From Scyliorhinus canicula (taxonomy: Eukaryota): a stretch of 64,000 bases of DNA. The stretch lies in the NCBI RefSeq assembly GCF_902713615.1, contig NC_052156.1, positions 159,770,789 to 159,834,788 on the forward strand, read 5' to 3'. A model generated the notes under the pieces. The model searched no databases. It was given only the letters and a program-made list of their open reading frames with translations, and was not told where the DNA came from. The translations under genes were made by a program, and so were the position numbers. Below are positions 35,689 to 46,976 of this stretch, in pieces; positions within the stretch are counted from its first letter, which is position 1; each line of letters begins with the position of its first letter.

Positions 35689-36550
35689 TGTAGCCATCTG
35701 GGATGGCCACTTACAAAGGATCCCGGGAAATATGGCCACCTGCAAAGGCCCGTGGGAAATATGGTCAACCCAGGACTCAGATGCTCAGAGCTTATGTATA
35801 TTGGCAACTCAGATAACTAGACGCTATCGAAACCCCCCCCCCCCCCCCCCCCCCAGCTACTTTGCATTCTAATGGCCCATTTCCCCAGAACAAAAGATCT
35901 GTGCTCAGGTAACAGATACAGAAACAGACTCATCGCCACCACTCCCTTTGCTCAGGGAGCCCAAAACACCAAGGTCAATGACCGCTCAGGAACACGCCCC
36001 GCCACCAAGGCGCCCGTCCCTTTATTGGTCAAAATCAAAGTCAGTAAGCGAAGCCAGCCGAATTATTGGGTCCAAAGCTAAGGACCGCCCAAACGAGCGT
36101 GAAACCCCAGAAGGATAAAGAGAGACACTGCCATGTGTTCAGTCTCTCTTGTCCCGGCGCTCGGTCTCTCTTGGCCCCGACCTACACCTAAAACCAAGTA
36201 TAGCATTCCGACCAGAAGACAAGCTCAAGACCAACGATCACTACCAGATGGATGAGCTCAGCAGAAACGAAGTCACTTCTCCAGACCCAACCACGCAAGA
36301 TCCGAACAAACACCTTGTTCGTCTGCATAAAGCCGGGTGCCTGAAGTTAAGTACAGGTTGTTGTAGTGTTAGGTGTGATTTAGCTTGTAGTATTTTATGT
36401 TGCATGTCAAAGTAATTCTTGTGTAAATAAACTATCATTGAACTTGAACTAACTAACTGTTTGGTCTTTGATCGATATACGGTAAAGCCTTGTGGTGGTA
36501 TCATTTGATATCTGGCGACTCTGAAAAGCAATATTATCATTAATAACTGT
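35689..36550 (+). mobile_element. LTR (ERV/Gypsy-like), solo or 3'-damaged
   Basis: Starts TGTAGCCAT; CCAAT/ATTGG boxes, GATAAAG, AATAAA at about 36426; inserted in a LINE; no TSD recognised. Confidence 0.65.
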
Positions 36551-36898
36551 CATAGATCATAGAATCTACAGTGCAGAAGGAGGCCATTCAGCCCATCGAG
36601 TCTGCACCGGCTCCTGGAAAGAGCACCCCACCCAAGGTCAACACCTCCACCCTATCCCCACAACCCAGTAACCCCCCCAACACTAAAGGCAATTTTGGAC
36701 ACTAGGGGTAATTTATCATGTCCAATCCACTTAACTTACACATCTTTGGACTGTGGGAGGAAGCCGGAGCACCCGGAGGAAACCCACGCACACACGGGGA
36801 GGATGTGCAGACTCCGCACAGACAGTGACCCAAGCCGGAATCGAACCTGGGACCCTGGAGCTGTGAAGCGATTGTGCTATCCACAATGCTACCGTGCT
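36551..36898 (-). mobile_element. HE1 SINE, full length
   Basis: Head, V-domain, CR1 tail. Confidence 0.92.
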
Positions 36899-36899
36899 G

Positions 36900-37940
36900 A
36901 ATGTTTTTAGATGGGCTAGCAATCATGTGGGCTGCTATGTCCTAGATGGCGTTGAGCTTCTTGAGTGGTTTTGGAGCTGCACTCATCCAGGCAAGTGGAG
37001 AGTGTTCCTTTACAGTCCTGACTTGTGCCTTGTAGATGATGGGCAGGCTTTGGGGGGGTCACGAGGTGAGTTATTTGCCGCAGGCTTCCTAGCCTTTAAC
37101 TTGCTCTTGTAACCATCATATTTATATGGTTAGTCAGTTCAGTTTCTGGTCAGTGGTAACCCTTAGGTGCTGATAGCAGGGGACACAGCGATGGTAATGT
37201 CATCGAATGTCAAGGGTTGGTGGTTAGATCCTGTCTTGTTGGAGACATCATTACCATGCACTTGTCACCTCAAACCTGGATATTGTCCAGGTCTTGCTTC
37301 ATTTGGACATGGACTGCTAAAATCATCTGAGGAGTCGCAAATGGTGCTGAACATCAAGAAACATCTCCACTCCTGACCTTATGATGAAGGAAAGGTCAAT
37401 GATGTAGCAGCTGAAGATGGTTGGACCGAGGACACTACCCTGAGGAACTCCTGCAGAGATGCCCTCCAGCCAAGATGATTGACCTTCAACCACCACTACC
37501 ATTTTCCTTTGTGCCAGGTATGTGTTCAATCAGCGGAGAGTTTTCCTTGATTTCCATTGACTCCAGTTTAGCTAGGGTTTCTTGATACCATACTCAGTAA
37601 AATGCTGCCTTGATGTCAAAGGCAGTCACTCACCTCACCTTTGGTATTCAGCTCTTCTGTCCATGGTTGAACCAAGATTATAATTAGGTCAGGAGCTGAG
37701 TGACCCTTGCGCTATGCAAAGTGAGCGCCTGTGAGCAGGTTATAGCTGAGTCAGTGCCACTTGATAGTACTGTTGATGACCCCTTCCATCACTTTACTGA
37801 TGATTGAGAGTAGACTGACGGGCGATAATTGGTTGGGTTGGATTCGTCTTGATCTTGTGTACAGGATATACCTGGGCAATTTTCCACATTGCTGGACAGA
37901 TGCCAGTGTTGCAGCTGTACTGGAACAGCTTGGCTAGGGG
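36900..37940 (-). mobile_element. CR1-group LINE RT fragment (EYSPLAW family)
   Basis: YLAQRKMVVVVEGQSS...AGVPQGSVLGPTIFSCYI; LDIKAAF motif at about 37602-37622. Confidence 0.85.
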
Positions 37941-37959
37941 CCATCTGCACCTCTCAGTA

Positions 37960-38850
37960 TTTGGATTTGGATTTGTTTATTGTCACGTGTACCGAGGTAC
38001 AGTGAAAAGTATTGTTTTGCATGCAGCTCAAACAGATCCTTTAGTACATGAAAACAAAATACGTAACAGGGCAACACAAGGTACGCAATGTAAATGCATA
38101 GACACCGGCATTGGGTGAAGCATACATGTATTTGCTTTGTTTGCTTTGTTTGGCCCCTTGTTCCGCACTGTAACCAATCACTGTTTGTCGATGTACCATT
38201 TGTCAATGTTCTCTGTTGATTATTCTTTTGTCTACTATGTACGTACTGTGTACGTTCCCTCGGCCGCAGAAAGATACTTTTCACTGAACTTCGGTACATG
38301 TGACAATGAATCAAATCAAATAAATCAAATCGAACAGGAGTGTCGTATTAATCAGGTCAGTCCATAAGAGGGTCGTTTCGGAGTTTGGTAACAGCAGAGA
38401 AGAAACTGTTTTTGAATATGTTCGTGCGTGTTCTTAGACTTTTGTATCTCCTGCCCGATGGAAGAAGTTGGAAGAGTGAGTAAGCCGGATGGAAGGGGTC
38501 TTTTAAAAAAAATTAAATTTAGAGTACCCAATTCATTTTATCCAAATAAGGCGCAATTTAGTGTGACCAATCCACCTAACCTGCACATCTTTTGGGTTGT
38601 GGGGGCGAAACCCACGCAAACACGGGAAGAATGTGCAAACTCCACATGGACGGCAACCCAGAGCCAGGATCGAATCTCAACGGCCGTGAGGCAGCAGTGC
38701 TAACCCACTGTGCCACCGTGCTGCCCTGAGGGGGTCTTTGATTATGCTGCCCGCTTTCCCAAGGCAGCGGGAGGTGTAGATAGAGTCAATGGATGGGAGG
38801 CGGGTTTGTGTGATGGACTGGGCGGTTTCCACGACTCTCTGAAGTTTCTT
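37960..38850 (-). mobile_element. Rex1/Babar 3' fragment, with nested plus-strand Rex1 3' UTR (about 38128-38331) and HE1 (38504-38726)
   Basis: [40 protein letters not shown]; 3' UTR closely similar to 16730-16956; HE1 flanked by GGGGTCTTT duplication. Confidence 0.88.
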
Positions 38851-39225
38851 GCTGTCCTTGATTCCCATAGACTCTAGTTTTGCTTGGGCTCCTTGATGCC
38901 ATACTCAGTCAAATGCTGCCTTGATGTCAAAGGCAGTCACTCACTCAGGCATTTAGCTCTTTCGTTCATGTTTGAACCAAGGTTGTAATTAGGTCAGGAG
39001 CTGAGTGACCCTTGCGCTACGCAAACTGAGATTCTGTGAGCAGATTATTGCTGAGTCAGTGCCACTTGACAGGGCCTGTTTGCTTGGAGGATGTTGAATT
39101 AAAAAAAAAAGGATGTTGTCCAGCACGTGTGCTCAAAATTCTTCCTTCTGGTTCAGCTGCTTTATGGAACCACGCAGTAAAATTCGTAGATTTGTCGTAT
39201 TCACTCCAGTGTCATTTAAAGTAAA

Positions 39226-41358
39226 CATGATGTGGAGATGCCGGCGTTGGACTGGGGTGAGCACAGTAAGAAGTCTTACAACACCAGGTTAAAGTCCAAC
39301 AGGTTTGTTTCAAACACGAGCTTTCGGAGCACGGCTCCTTCTTCAGGTGAATGGAAAGGCTTGTTCCAGAAATGTTTATATAGACACAGTCAGAGATGCC
39401 CCGGAATGCGAGCACCTGCAGGCAATCAAATCATCAAAGATGCAGAGAGAGAGGTAACTCCAGGTTAAAGAGGTGTGAATTGTCCCAAGCCAGTTCAGTC
39501 GGTAGGCCTCTGCAAGTCCAGGCTTGTTGGTGGGGGCCGAATGTAATGCGACATGAATCCCAGATCCCGGTTGAGTCCGCATTCATGCGTGCGGAACTTA
39601 GCTATAAGTTTTTGCTCAGCAATTTTGCGTTGTCGCGTCTCCTGAAGGCCTCCTTGTAGAATGCTGACCCGGAGATCAGAGGCTGAATGTCCTTGACTGC
39701 TGAAGTGTTCCCCAACTGGAAGGGAACAGTCCTGCCTGTTGATAGTCGCACGATGCCCGTTTATTCGTTGTCGCAGTGTCTGCATGGTCTCGCCAATGTA
39801 CCACGCTTCGGGACATCCTTTCCTGCAGCGTATGAGGTAGACTACATTGGTCGAGTCGCACGAGTATGCGCCGCGTACCTGGTGGGTGGTGTTTCCACGT
39901 GTAATGGTGGTGTCCATGTCGATGATCTGGCATGTCTTGCAGAGATTACCCTGGTAGGGTTTTGTGGTGTTGTGGTTGCTGTTCTGAAGGCTGGGTAATT
40001 TGCTGCAAACAATGGTTTGTTTGAGGTTGCGCGGTTGTTTGAAGGCCAGTAGTGGGGGTGTGGGGATGACCTTGGCAAGATGTCCATCCTCGCTGATGAT
40101 GTGTTGGAGGCTGCGAAGAAGATGTCGTAGTTTCTCCGCCCCAGGAAAGTACTGGACGACGAAGGGTACTCTGTCAGTGGTGTCCCGTGTTTGTCTTCTG
40201 AGGAGGTCGGTGCGGTTTTTTGCTGTGGCGCGGTGGAACTGTCGATCAATGAGTCGAGCGCCATATCCCGTTCGTACGAGGGCATCTTTCAGCATCTGTA
40301 GGTGTCTGTTGCGCTCCTCCTTGTCTGAGCAGATCCTGTGTATACGGAGGGCTTGTCCATAGGGGATGGCTTCTTTAATGTGTTTCGGGTGAAAGCTGGA
40401 GAAGTGGAGCATCGTGAGATTATCTGTGGGCTTGCGGTAAAGCGAGGTGCTGAGGTGACCGTCCTTGATGGAGACGAGTGTGTCCAAGAATGGAACTGAA
40501 TTTGGAGAATAGTCCATGGTGAGTTTGATGGTGGGATGGAACTTATTGATGTCATCGTGTAGTCGTTTCAGTGATGTCTCGCCGTGGGTCCAAAGGAAAA
40601 AAATGTCATCGATGTATCTGGTGTATAGCATCGGTTGAAAGTCCTGTGTGGTGAGGAAGTCCTGTTCAAACTTGTGCATGAAGATGTTGGCATATTGAGG
40701 TGCAAATTTGGTCCCCATGGCTGTTCCGTGCGTCTGGATGAAGAATTTGTTGTTGAAGGTGAAGACGTTGTGGTCTAGAATGAAACGGATGAGTTGCAGA
40801 ATTGCGTCTGGAGATTGGCAGTTGTCGGTGTTGAGGACTGAGGCTGTTGCAGCAATGCCGTCGTCATGGGGGATGCTGGTGTAGAGTGCCGAGACATCCA
40901 TTGTGACGAGGAATGTTCCTGGTTCAACTGGTCCATGGGTGCTGAGTTTCTGTAGGAAGTCCGTCGTGTCGCGACAGAAGCTGGGTGTACCTTGTACGAT
41001 GGGTTTCAAGATGCCCTCGATGTGGCCAGAGAGGTTCTCACACAGGGTCCCATTGCCTGAAACGATAGGACGGCCTGGTGTGTTGGCCTTGTGTATTTTC
41101 GGGAGGCAGTAGAGATCTCCAATGCGGGGATTACGTGGGATGAGAGCACGTAGGGTGTTCTGAAGGTCTGGATCTAAGGTCTTGATCAGTCTGCTGAGTT
41201 GGCGGATGTGTTCCTTGGTTGGATCTGCGGGTAACTGCCTGTAGTGTTCCTGGTTGTCGAGTTGTCGGTATACTTCTTTGCAGTAGTCTGTTCTGTTCAG
41301 TATGACGGTGGCCCCTCCTTTGTCTGCTGGTTTGATGACGATGTTGCGGTTGGTCTTG
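39226..41358 (-). mobile_element. Penelope-like element, 5'-truncated, with 3' pLTR and 12-bp TSD
   Basis: TSD ATTTAAAGTAAA at 39214-39225 and 41359-41370; RT-GIY-YIG ORF; pLTR with hammerhead. Confidence 0.95.
39314..39350 (-). ncRNA. Minimal type-I hammerhead ribozyme in PLE pLTR
   Basis: Minus strand CAC-CUGAAGA-A-GGAGC-CGU-GCUCC-GAA-AGCU-C-GUG: CUGANGA core, stem II, GAAA, palindromic AGCU stem III, CAC/GUG stem I. Confidence 0.8.
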
Positions 41359-41360
41359 AT
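39495..41360 (-). CDS. Penelope-like reverse transcriptase-GIY-YIG endonuclease (N-terminally truncated, about 620 codons open)
   Basis: Frame continues upstream of the listed 504-aa ORF: IVIKPADKGG, LPKIHK, GRPIVS; RT MDVSALYTSI, GTAMG..FAPQYANIFM, RYIDD; EN VVYLIRC...WYIGET, RINGHR, EQKLI, GLN. Confidence 0.93.
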   Translation of the reverse strand: MKTNRNIVIKPADKGGATVILNRTDYCKEVYRQLDNQEHYRQLPADPTKEHIRQLSRLIKTLDPDLQNTLRALIPRNPRIGDLYCLPKIHKANTPGRPIVSGNGTLCENLSGHIEGILKPIVQGTPSFCRDTTDFLQKLSTHGPVEPGTFLVTMDVSALYTSIPHDDGIAATASVLNTDNCQSPDAILQLIRFILDHNVFTFNNKFFIQTHGTAMGTKFAPQYANIFMHKFEQDFLTTQDFQPMLYTRYIDDIFFLWTHGETSLKRLHDDINKFHPTIKLTMDYSPNSVPFLDTLVSIKDGHLSTSLYRKPTDNLTMLHFSSFHPKHIKEAIPYGQALRIHRICSDKEERNRHLQMLKDALVRTGYGARLIDRQFHRATAKNRTDLLRRQTRDTTDRVPFVVQYFPGAEKLRHLLRSLQHIISEDGHLAKVIPTPPLLAFKQPRNLKQTIVCSKLPSLQNSNHNTTKPYQGNLCKTCQIIDMDTTITRGNTTHQVRGAYSCDSTNVVYLIRCRKGCPEAWYIGETMQTLRQRINGHRATINRQDCSLPVGEHFSSQGHSASDLRVSILQGGLQETRQRKIAEQKLIAKFRTHECGLNRDLGFMSHYIRPPPTSLDLQRPTD

Positions 41361-41576
41361 TTAAAGTAAAGCCATAACTACGGTAGTGCATTGATGATTG
41401 TTCTACCCTTAATTGGGATAGTGGTATCTCGCTAGACTCTGTAGCTTTCTGTATGGAAATTTAAGATAAAAAACACTTTAAATATTGATTGATATCTTAA
41501 ATATCTCTCTGTAACATTATTGAAACTTAAAACATATATTCCCTATTAGAAACAACAATATTCCTTCTTTTCTTAT

Positions 41577-42625
41577 GAAATGAAAAATGAAATGAAATGA
41601 AAATCGCTTAATGTCACAAGTAGGCTTCAAATGAAGTTACTGTGAAAAGCCCCTAGTTGCCACTGTCATAATATCCACTCATGTATATAATGAGATGCAG
41701 ACAGGCAGTGATTGACACATAGGATGACCAATGAACACACAACACAGAACAACCAATCACCAGACAAGACACCACCAGTATAAAGCTCACAGGGCATTAA
41801 GACTCCCGCTCTTTTCGGGACCCAGACACTGAGACAGTCAGAGTGCACAAGTCAGTGGACATTATTGCCATGTGGTAGGAGGTAAGTCTGATCGAACCAG
41901 TAAGAGGTTGTCAGTAGGATTAGTAGAGTGTCAACCCACAGCTGAACATGTACAGTCGTTCATAGTTTAAATAAAACCCTGTTGGATCATCTCCGGTGTC
42001 AGACGTTTGTTTCTAGCTTCCCTGCATCCGGTTGCAGTCAACGTCAAACCAACCCGCCCAACACATCAGCCACACTCTGGCGCCTGTTCGTGAAATGAAA
42101 TGAAAATCGCTTATTGTCACGAGTAGGTTTCAATGAAGTTACTGTGAAAAGCCCCTTGTCGCCACATTCCGGCGCCTGTCCGGGGAGGCTGGTACGGGAA
42201 TCGAACCGTGCTGCTGGCCTGCTTGGTCTGTTTTAAAAGCCAGCGATTTAGCCTGGTGAGCTAAACCAGCCCCTAAATGAAAATCGCTTATTGTCACGAG
42301 TAGGCTTCAATTAAGTTACTGTGAAAAGCCCCTAGTCGCCACATTCCGGCACCTGTTCGGGGAGGCTGGTATGGGAATTGAACCGTGCTGCTGGCCTGCC
42401 TTGATCTGCTTTAAAAACCAGCTATTTAGCCCTGTGCTAAACCAGCCCCAGATAATAATAATAATAGCTTATTGCCACAAGTTGGCTTCAGTGAAGTTAC
42501 TGTGAAAAGATCCTAGTCACCACATTCCAGCGCCTGTTTGAGGAGGCCAGTACGGGAATTGAACCCGCGCTGCTGCCTTGTTCTGCATTACAAGCCAGTT
42601 GTTTAGACCACTTTGCTAAACCAGC
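41577..42625 (-). mobile_element. Tandem array of four MER6-tail tRNA SINEs (first split by a solo LTR)
   Basis: Copies at about 41577-41663 + 42069-42090, 42091-42273, 42275-42449, 42452-42625. Confidence 0.88.
41664..42068 (+). mobile_element. Solo LTR with 5-bp TSD GCCAC
   Basis: TGTCAT...CATCA ends; GCCAC at 41659-41663 and 42069-42073; CCAAT about 41753, TATAAA 41779, AATAAA 41970. Confidence 0.93.
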
Positions 42626-42713
42626 AACTATCATTGTTGTGATTGACTTACCATCGAAAGTGAATTGCATATTTAGAACTTTAATAAACTTTATATAATT
42701 TAGAAAATATATT

Positions 42714-43500
42714 GGGTGGGATTCTCCATCCCACCCGCTCCATTGTTATAACCTGGCTAGAAAAAGTTAAAAAGGTTGTCTTGAGGATGGTTAGAGGAGA
42801 GTTCGATCAGTTTTTCAGACCCATTTAAGTGTCTGTAAAGCCTGTCTTTCTCCACCATAAATGAGAGTGATCATCCGAGTAGTACGCGTTCTCCAGCATA
42901 GTCCCAAAAGGGCACAAGGTGTGTGAACCACTATCCCCCCACACCTGCCAAACCTCCTGGAGGCACCACCCCCTCCCCCTCCCCGACTACCATCCAATGC
43001 CCTGACTACCCTCAACCCTGACAGCCCGCCCACACCCCTGCCCATCCTATCACCCCCCCCCCCCCCCCAACTGACCACTTGCCAGCCCAGCCCATTCTAC
43101 ACCCCGACTGGCCACTCAACTCCCTGAGCCATCCCATCCTACCCCCTCCCCTGACCCAACATATTCCTCTCCCCCAGACCCATTTTGCACACCCCCACCC
43201 TATCCAACACCACCTCCCCCCACAGCCCCTCACTCTACCCACTCAACTTATAGATTGACCTCCTCTCTGACTTTTCAAAGTTAGCTGGGACCTGTAACAT
43301 CTAGTGCAGTTTTTAAAAAAGTGGGAATGACTTCACAGCCTCCAACGCTGCGGCCTGCACTGCAGGCCCCGGGAACCTGCACTTTCCTGAGGAGGTCAGA
43401 GTCAGAAGATTTGAAAAATGTACGGCTCCCGACGAAAGTAAGTAAAAAGGCGTGGAGTGACAATCCGACTGTGAATACCACTGCTCGGATGTCTGGTCCC
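42714..43500. mobile_element. Older Harbinger-type MITE with C-rich interior
   Basis: Left TIR GGGTGGGATTCTCC; right end uncertain. Confidence 0.5.
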
Positions 43501-44109
43501 TACCTTTAATGCATGTGTACCACTTACAACATGCACACACACACACAGACACACCAAGTCAAGCATTCTGATACTCACTGTGTTTTTTCTTATTGCTGCT
43601 GCTTCTCTGTCCCTGTCTCTTTGAGGTATTTAATTTCCTGCCAAGGTCTGATTATGTAGCTGGTACTTGCCTCTCCCCCACCTCCAGCCCTTTATCCAAA
43701 AGACCACCCAAGGGGTATCGGCCATAATTGTGAATTTCAACAAGCTGTTCCTCCGTGGGAAGGATCCGAGCAAATCCACTGCTCTCTTCAGCCATGCCAA
43801 AGCAGCACTTCTGGTAGTAAAGATCAAGCACAGGGGCCCTGCTGGCTTAACCTAGGGCAAAGAAAGCCAGATGGTTGAGTCTTACTCAAGCAATGAGGTC
43901 TCGTCAGATAGCACAGTCGGCGCTGGATCAAACATTTTCTGATCAGTATGCCTCGGAAATTCACTGCACAAGCTCACTGAGCCCACATGGCAAACGGAAC
44001 GTAGTTTCAGTAAGGCAGCAGCATGCTCAGCACTTAAGCCTGTCACCCCCGGACGCCTCCAGATATGGGAAAGAGTACCAATCTCCTGTGCCAGCTTTCC
44101 ACCCCAAGC

Positions 44110-44448
44110 GGGCAGCACGGTAGCACAAGTGGATAGCACTGTGGCTTCACAGTGCCAGGGTCCCAGGTTTGATTCCCCGCTGGGTCACTGTCTGTGCGGA
44201 GTCTGCACGCTCTCCCCGTGTCTGCGTGGGTTTCCTCCGGGTGCTCCGGTTTCCTCCCACAGTCCAAAGACGTTCAGGTTAGGTGGATTGGACATGATAA
44301 ATTGCCCTTAGTGTCCAAAAATGCCCTTAGTGTTGGGTGGGGTTACTGGGTTATGGGGATAGGGTGGAAGTGAGGGCTTAAGTGGGTTTGTACAGACTCG
44401 ATGGGCCGAATGGCCTCCTTCTGCACTGTATATTCCATGTTCTATGTT
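44110..44448 (+). mobile_element. HE1 SINE, full length
   Basis: Head, V-domain, CR1 tail. Confidence 0.93.
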
Positions 44449-44855
44449 CAAGTGCCCCGCTGGGATCCTCTGCTGCCATCAACTGATGTAAATTTAATAT
44501 AGAACCTTGGATAAAAAGCTATAAAAGGGAATGGTGACCGGAAGCCACTGAATTGTTGTAAATGTCCAGCTGGTTCAGTAACATCCCGTCGGGAAGAAAA
44601 CCCTCCCACAATTACCTTGTGACTTCAGGCCCACAGCTGTACGATCGATTTTTAACTATCCTCTGGTCTGGCCTAAAAAGCCACTCGGTTATACAGTATT
44701 CAACAATCATCGTCTCAAGGGTAATTAGGGGGTGAATAATAAAATTGAACATAGCAGCGAAACTCCCATCTGGAAAAGAAATGTTTAAAAATGTGCAAGA
44801 ATCTTACTGGCCAAAGTGGAAGGATAGAGTTAGTGTACAGATCCATTGTGGTCCC

Positions 44856-45235
44856 TGTGACATTATCATAAATGTAAAGAACTGCAAGGGTTAATGTGAT
44901 GTCTAAATCAACCACTAGAGGGAGCTAGATGTACAATTATATGAGGCATTGATGCTCAGCCTTGTGGGTGAGAGGTTGAGGAGAAAGCTGGACAACAGAC
45001 TGAAGGAAAGATCGTGTGAGTGAGAGCAGGTCATAGTTAATGTAATAATGTAGAGATTAGTAGTAGATGAGCGCAGATTATATGTTTATTGTCAACTGTG
45101 TATTATGTAGGAGTAAATGTCGAATCCAATTAAGTAGTGTTAATAAATGTATAGCTTTGTTCAATTTAAAGCTCTTTGTGGTCTTGTGAACAATACGCCA
45201 ACCATTCTAAAATTAGCCACACAAAGAACACCATA
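44856..45235 (+). mobile_element. Solo LTR with 5-bp TSD GTCCC
   Basis: TGTGAC...CCATA ends; GTCCC at 44851-44855 and 45236-45240; AATAAA about 45142. Confidence 0.88.
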
Positions 45236-45639
45236 GTCCCAAGGTGCTGTGAATGGCCAACCGCTGTCCACCTGTTCCCCCGAGCTGCTGCTTATTGAGT
45301 GAAAGATTTCATGGGAAATGGGAAGGATCCTGAAATAAAAATGTCAGTGAAGAAGGAAGAGGACAAACCCATAAGGACCATCAAAGACGCTAAATGGTGA
45401 AAGTTAGTGCTTGACAAACAGCAACCGCTAACCATCCTTCCCCCAGAGAGAAGTTCAAAAGATTGGAGGGATTAAAAGCAGTGACCACTTACAAGAATAG
45501 ATGTGGGAAATTCTTCTCCAACTTTCAACAGGCAATCAAACAAGAGCAAGGAGAGTAATGACGATCCACAGTCCGTCAGGAGGTGAACTGAATCAAATTA
45601 ATTTAAACTTACCTTGATTAAGAAGCCCAAAGGAAAAAC

Positions 45640-46060
45640 TAACATTTGAGAGGGATGGATAGGGAGAAGCTGCTTCCACTTGTGTGGGAATCCAATAAAC
45701 TAGGGTTCATGAATATACCGCAGGTGCTGGATATCTAAAATGAGAACAGACAATTCTGGAAATAATCAGCAGGTCTGTGTCAGGAGAAACAGGCGTTTCA
45801 GGTCAGTGATCTGCTGTGTATTTCCAACCTTTTCTGGTTTTTGGTCAGAAATATGAGATGAACCCAATGGTGAACACAGGAGAAGGGTTTTACCCAGAGA
45901 GTGGTGAGAATGTGGAACTTGCTCCACAGAGAGTAGCCTTGGTGAGGGGAATGTCGGGAATGAGCAAGGAATGACGATGCTGGCACGGTTAGATGAGGTA
46001 AGGTAGCAGGAGGCAGAGCACAAACACTGGCATGGGCCATGTGGAGAAAATGGGTTGTTC
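45640..46060 (+). mobile_element. Old CR1 3' fragment containing a fold-back PLE pLTR remnant (about 45717-45850)
   Basis: GGATAGGGAGAAGCTGCTTCCACT...TTTACCCAGAGAGTGGTGAGAATGTGGAAC; insert resembles inverted pLTR of the 7530-7620 family. Confidence 0.6.
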
Positions 46061-46174
46061 CTGTTTCATAAATTGTCAGTCCTTCTATAAATTAACCTGC
46101 GCTCCTCTGATTTGCCAGGAATTGACCGTTGTCAAGAGAGGCATACAGCCGTGAACACTGTTTCTTCCGCCAAC

Positions 46175-46359
46175 GGGTGGGGTTTTCCGCAACTCCTGTG
46201 CCATATTTTGTGAAGGCAACCCGCCATTGGCCAGCGATGGGATCTTCTGTTCCTGCCGCTGCCAACAATGTTCTCACCCTCTGCCGCTGGGGGGTAGAGG
46301 ACGGGTCACCGTCAGCGGGCAGCGGGAACAGTTGATCCCACTGGCAGAAAATCGTGCCC
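46175..46359. mobile_element. Short older Harbinger-type MITE
   Basis: GGGTGGGGTTTTCC ... AGAAAATCGTGCCC; TSD not preserved. Confidence 0.55.
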
Positions 46360-46976
46360 AGTGTTTTGACCTAACTGTTGTCCCCTGAGGTCCCCTCAGG
46401 TCGCACAAGATCAAAACAATTTTTTTTTTTTTAACGTTTGACCGGCCATGACAAATATTTTATCATGAAGTACAATTCCGCCAACTTAGATTTTTCACTA
46501 ACAGATACCTAAATTTTGCTGGCATTAAAATTTCTGATCTCGGAAAGAGCTTTAAAGTGAAATATCTTTGTAAAAATCTATTAAAATTGCTGAGGGGTGA
46601 ACATACCTCCCCCTCTGATGTACAGAACCTATTGAACAATGGCCGGGGTCTTTGGTCCCACCCGTGGCGGGACCCATCGTGGATGGGACAGAAAATTTGG
46701 TGAAACACCAAAAAGTCGATTGGCTTTTGGAAAACCAAGCTGACATCTTTAAAGTCGAGGGCTTGAGGTGTGGCGACCCTCGGGTTAAATCACCACCAGT
46801 CAGCTCTCTCTCTCTCTCTAGAAGGAGAGCAGCCTCTGCCACCAGGGCAACTTTCACTTTCACTTTCTCTGGAGTGACCGCAGCGTTCCTGTAATGCAGC
46901 GACCAGAATCCCATAAACTTTTAATTTTCTGATCAGTCTGCCATGTGGTTCGTTGCTGAAAAAGTTGCAATGCAAT

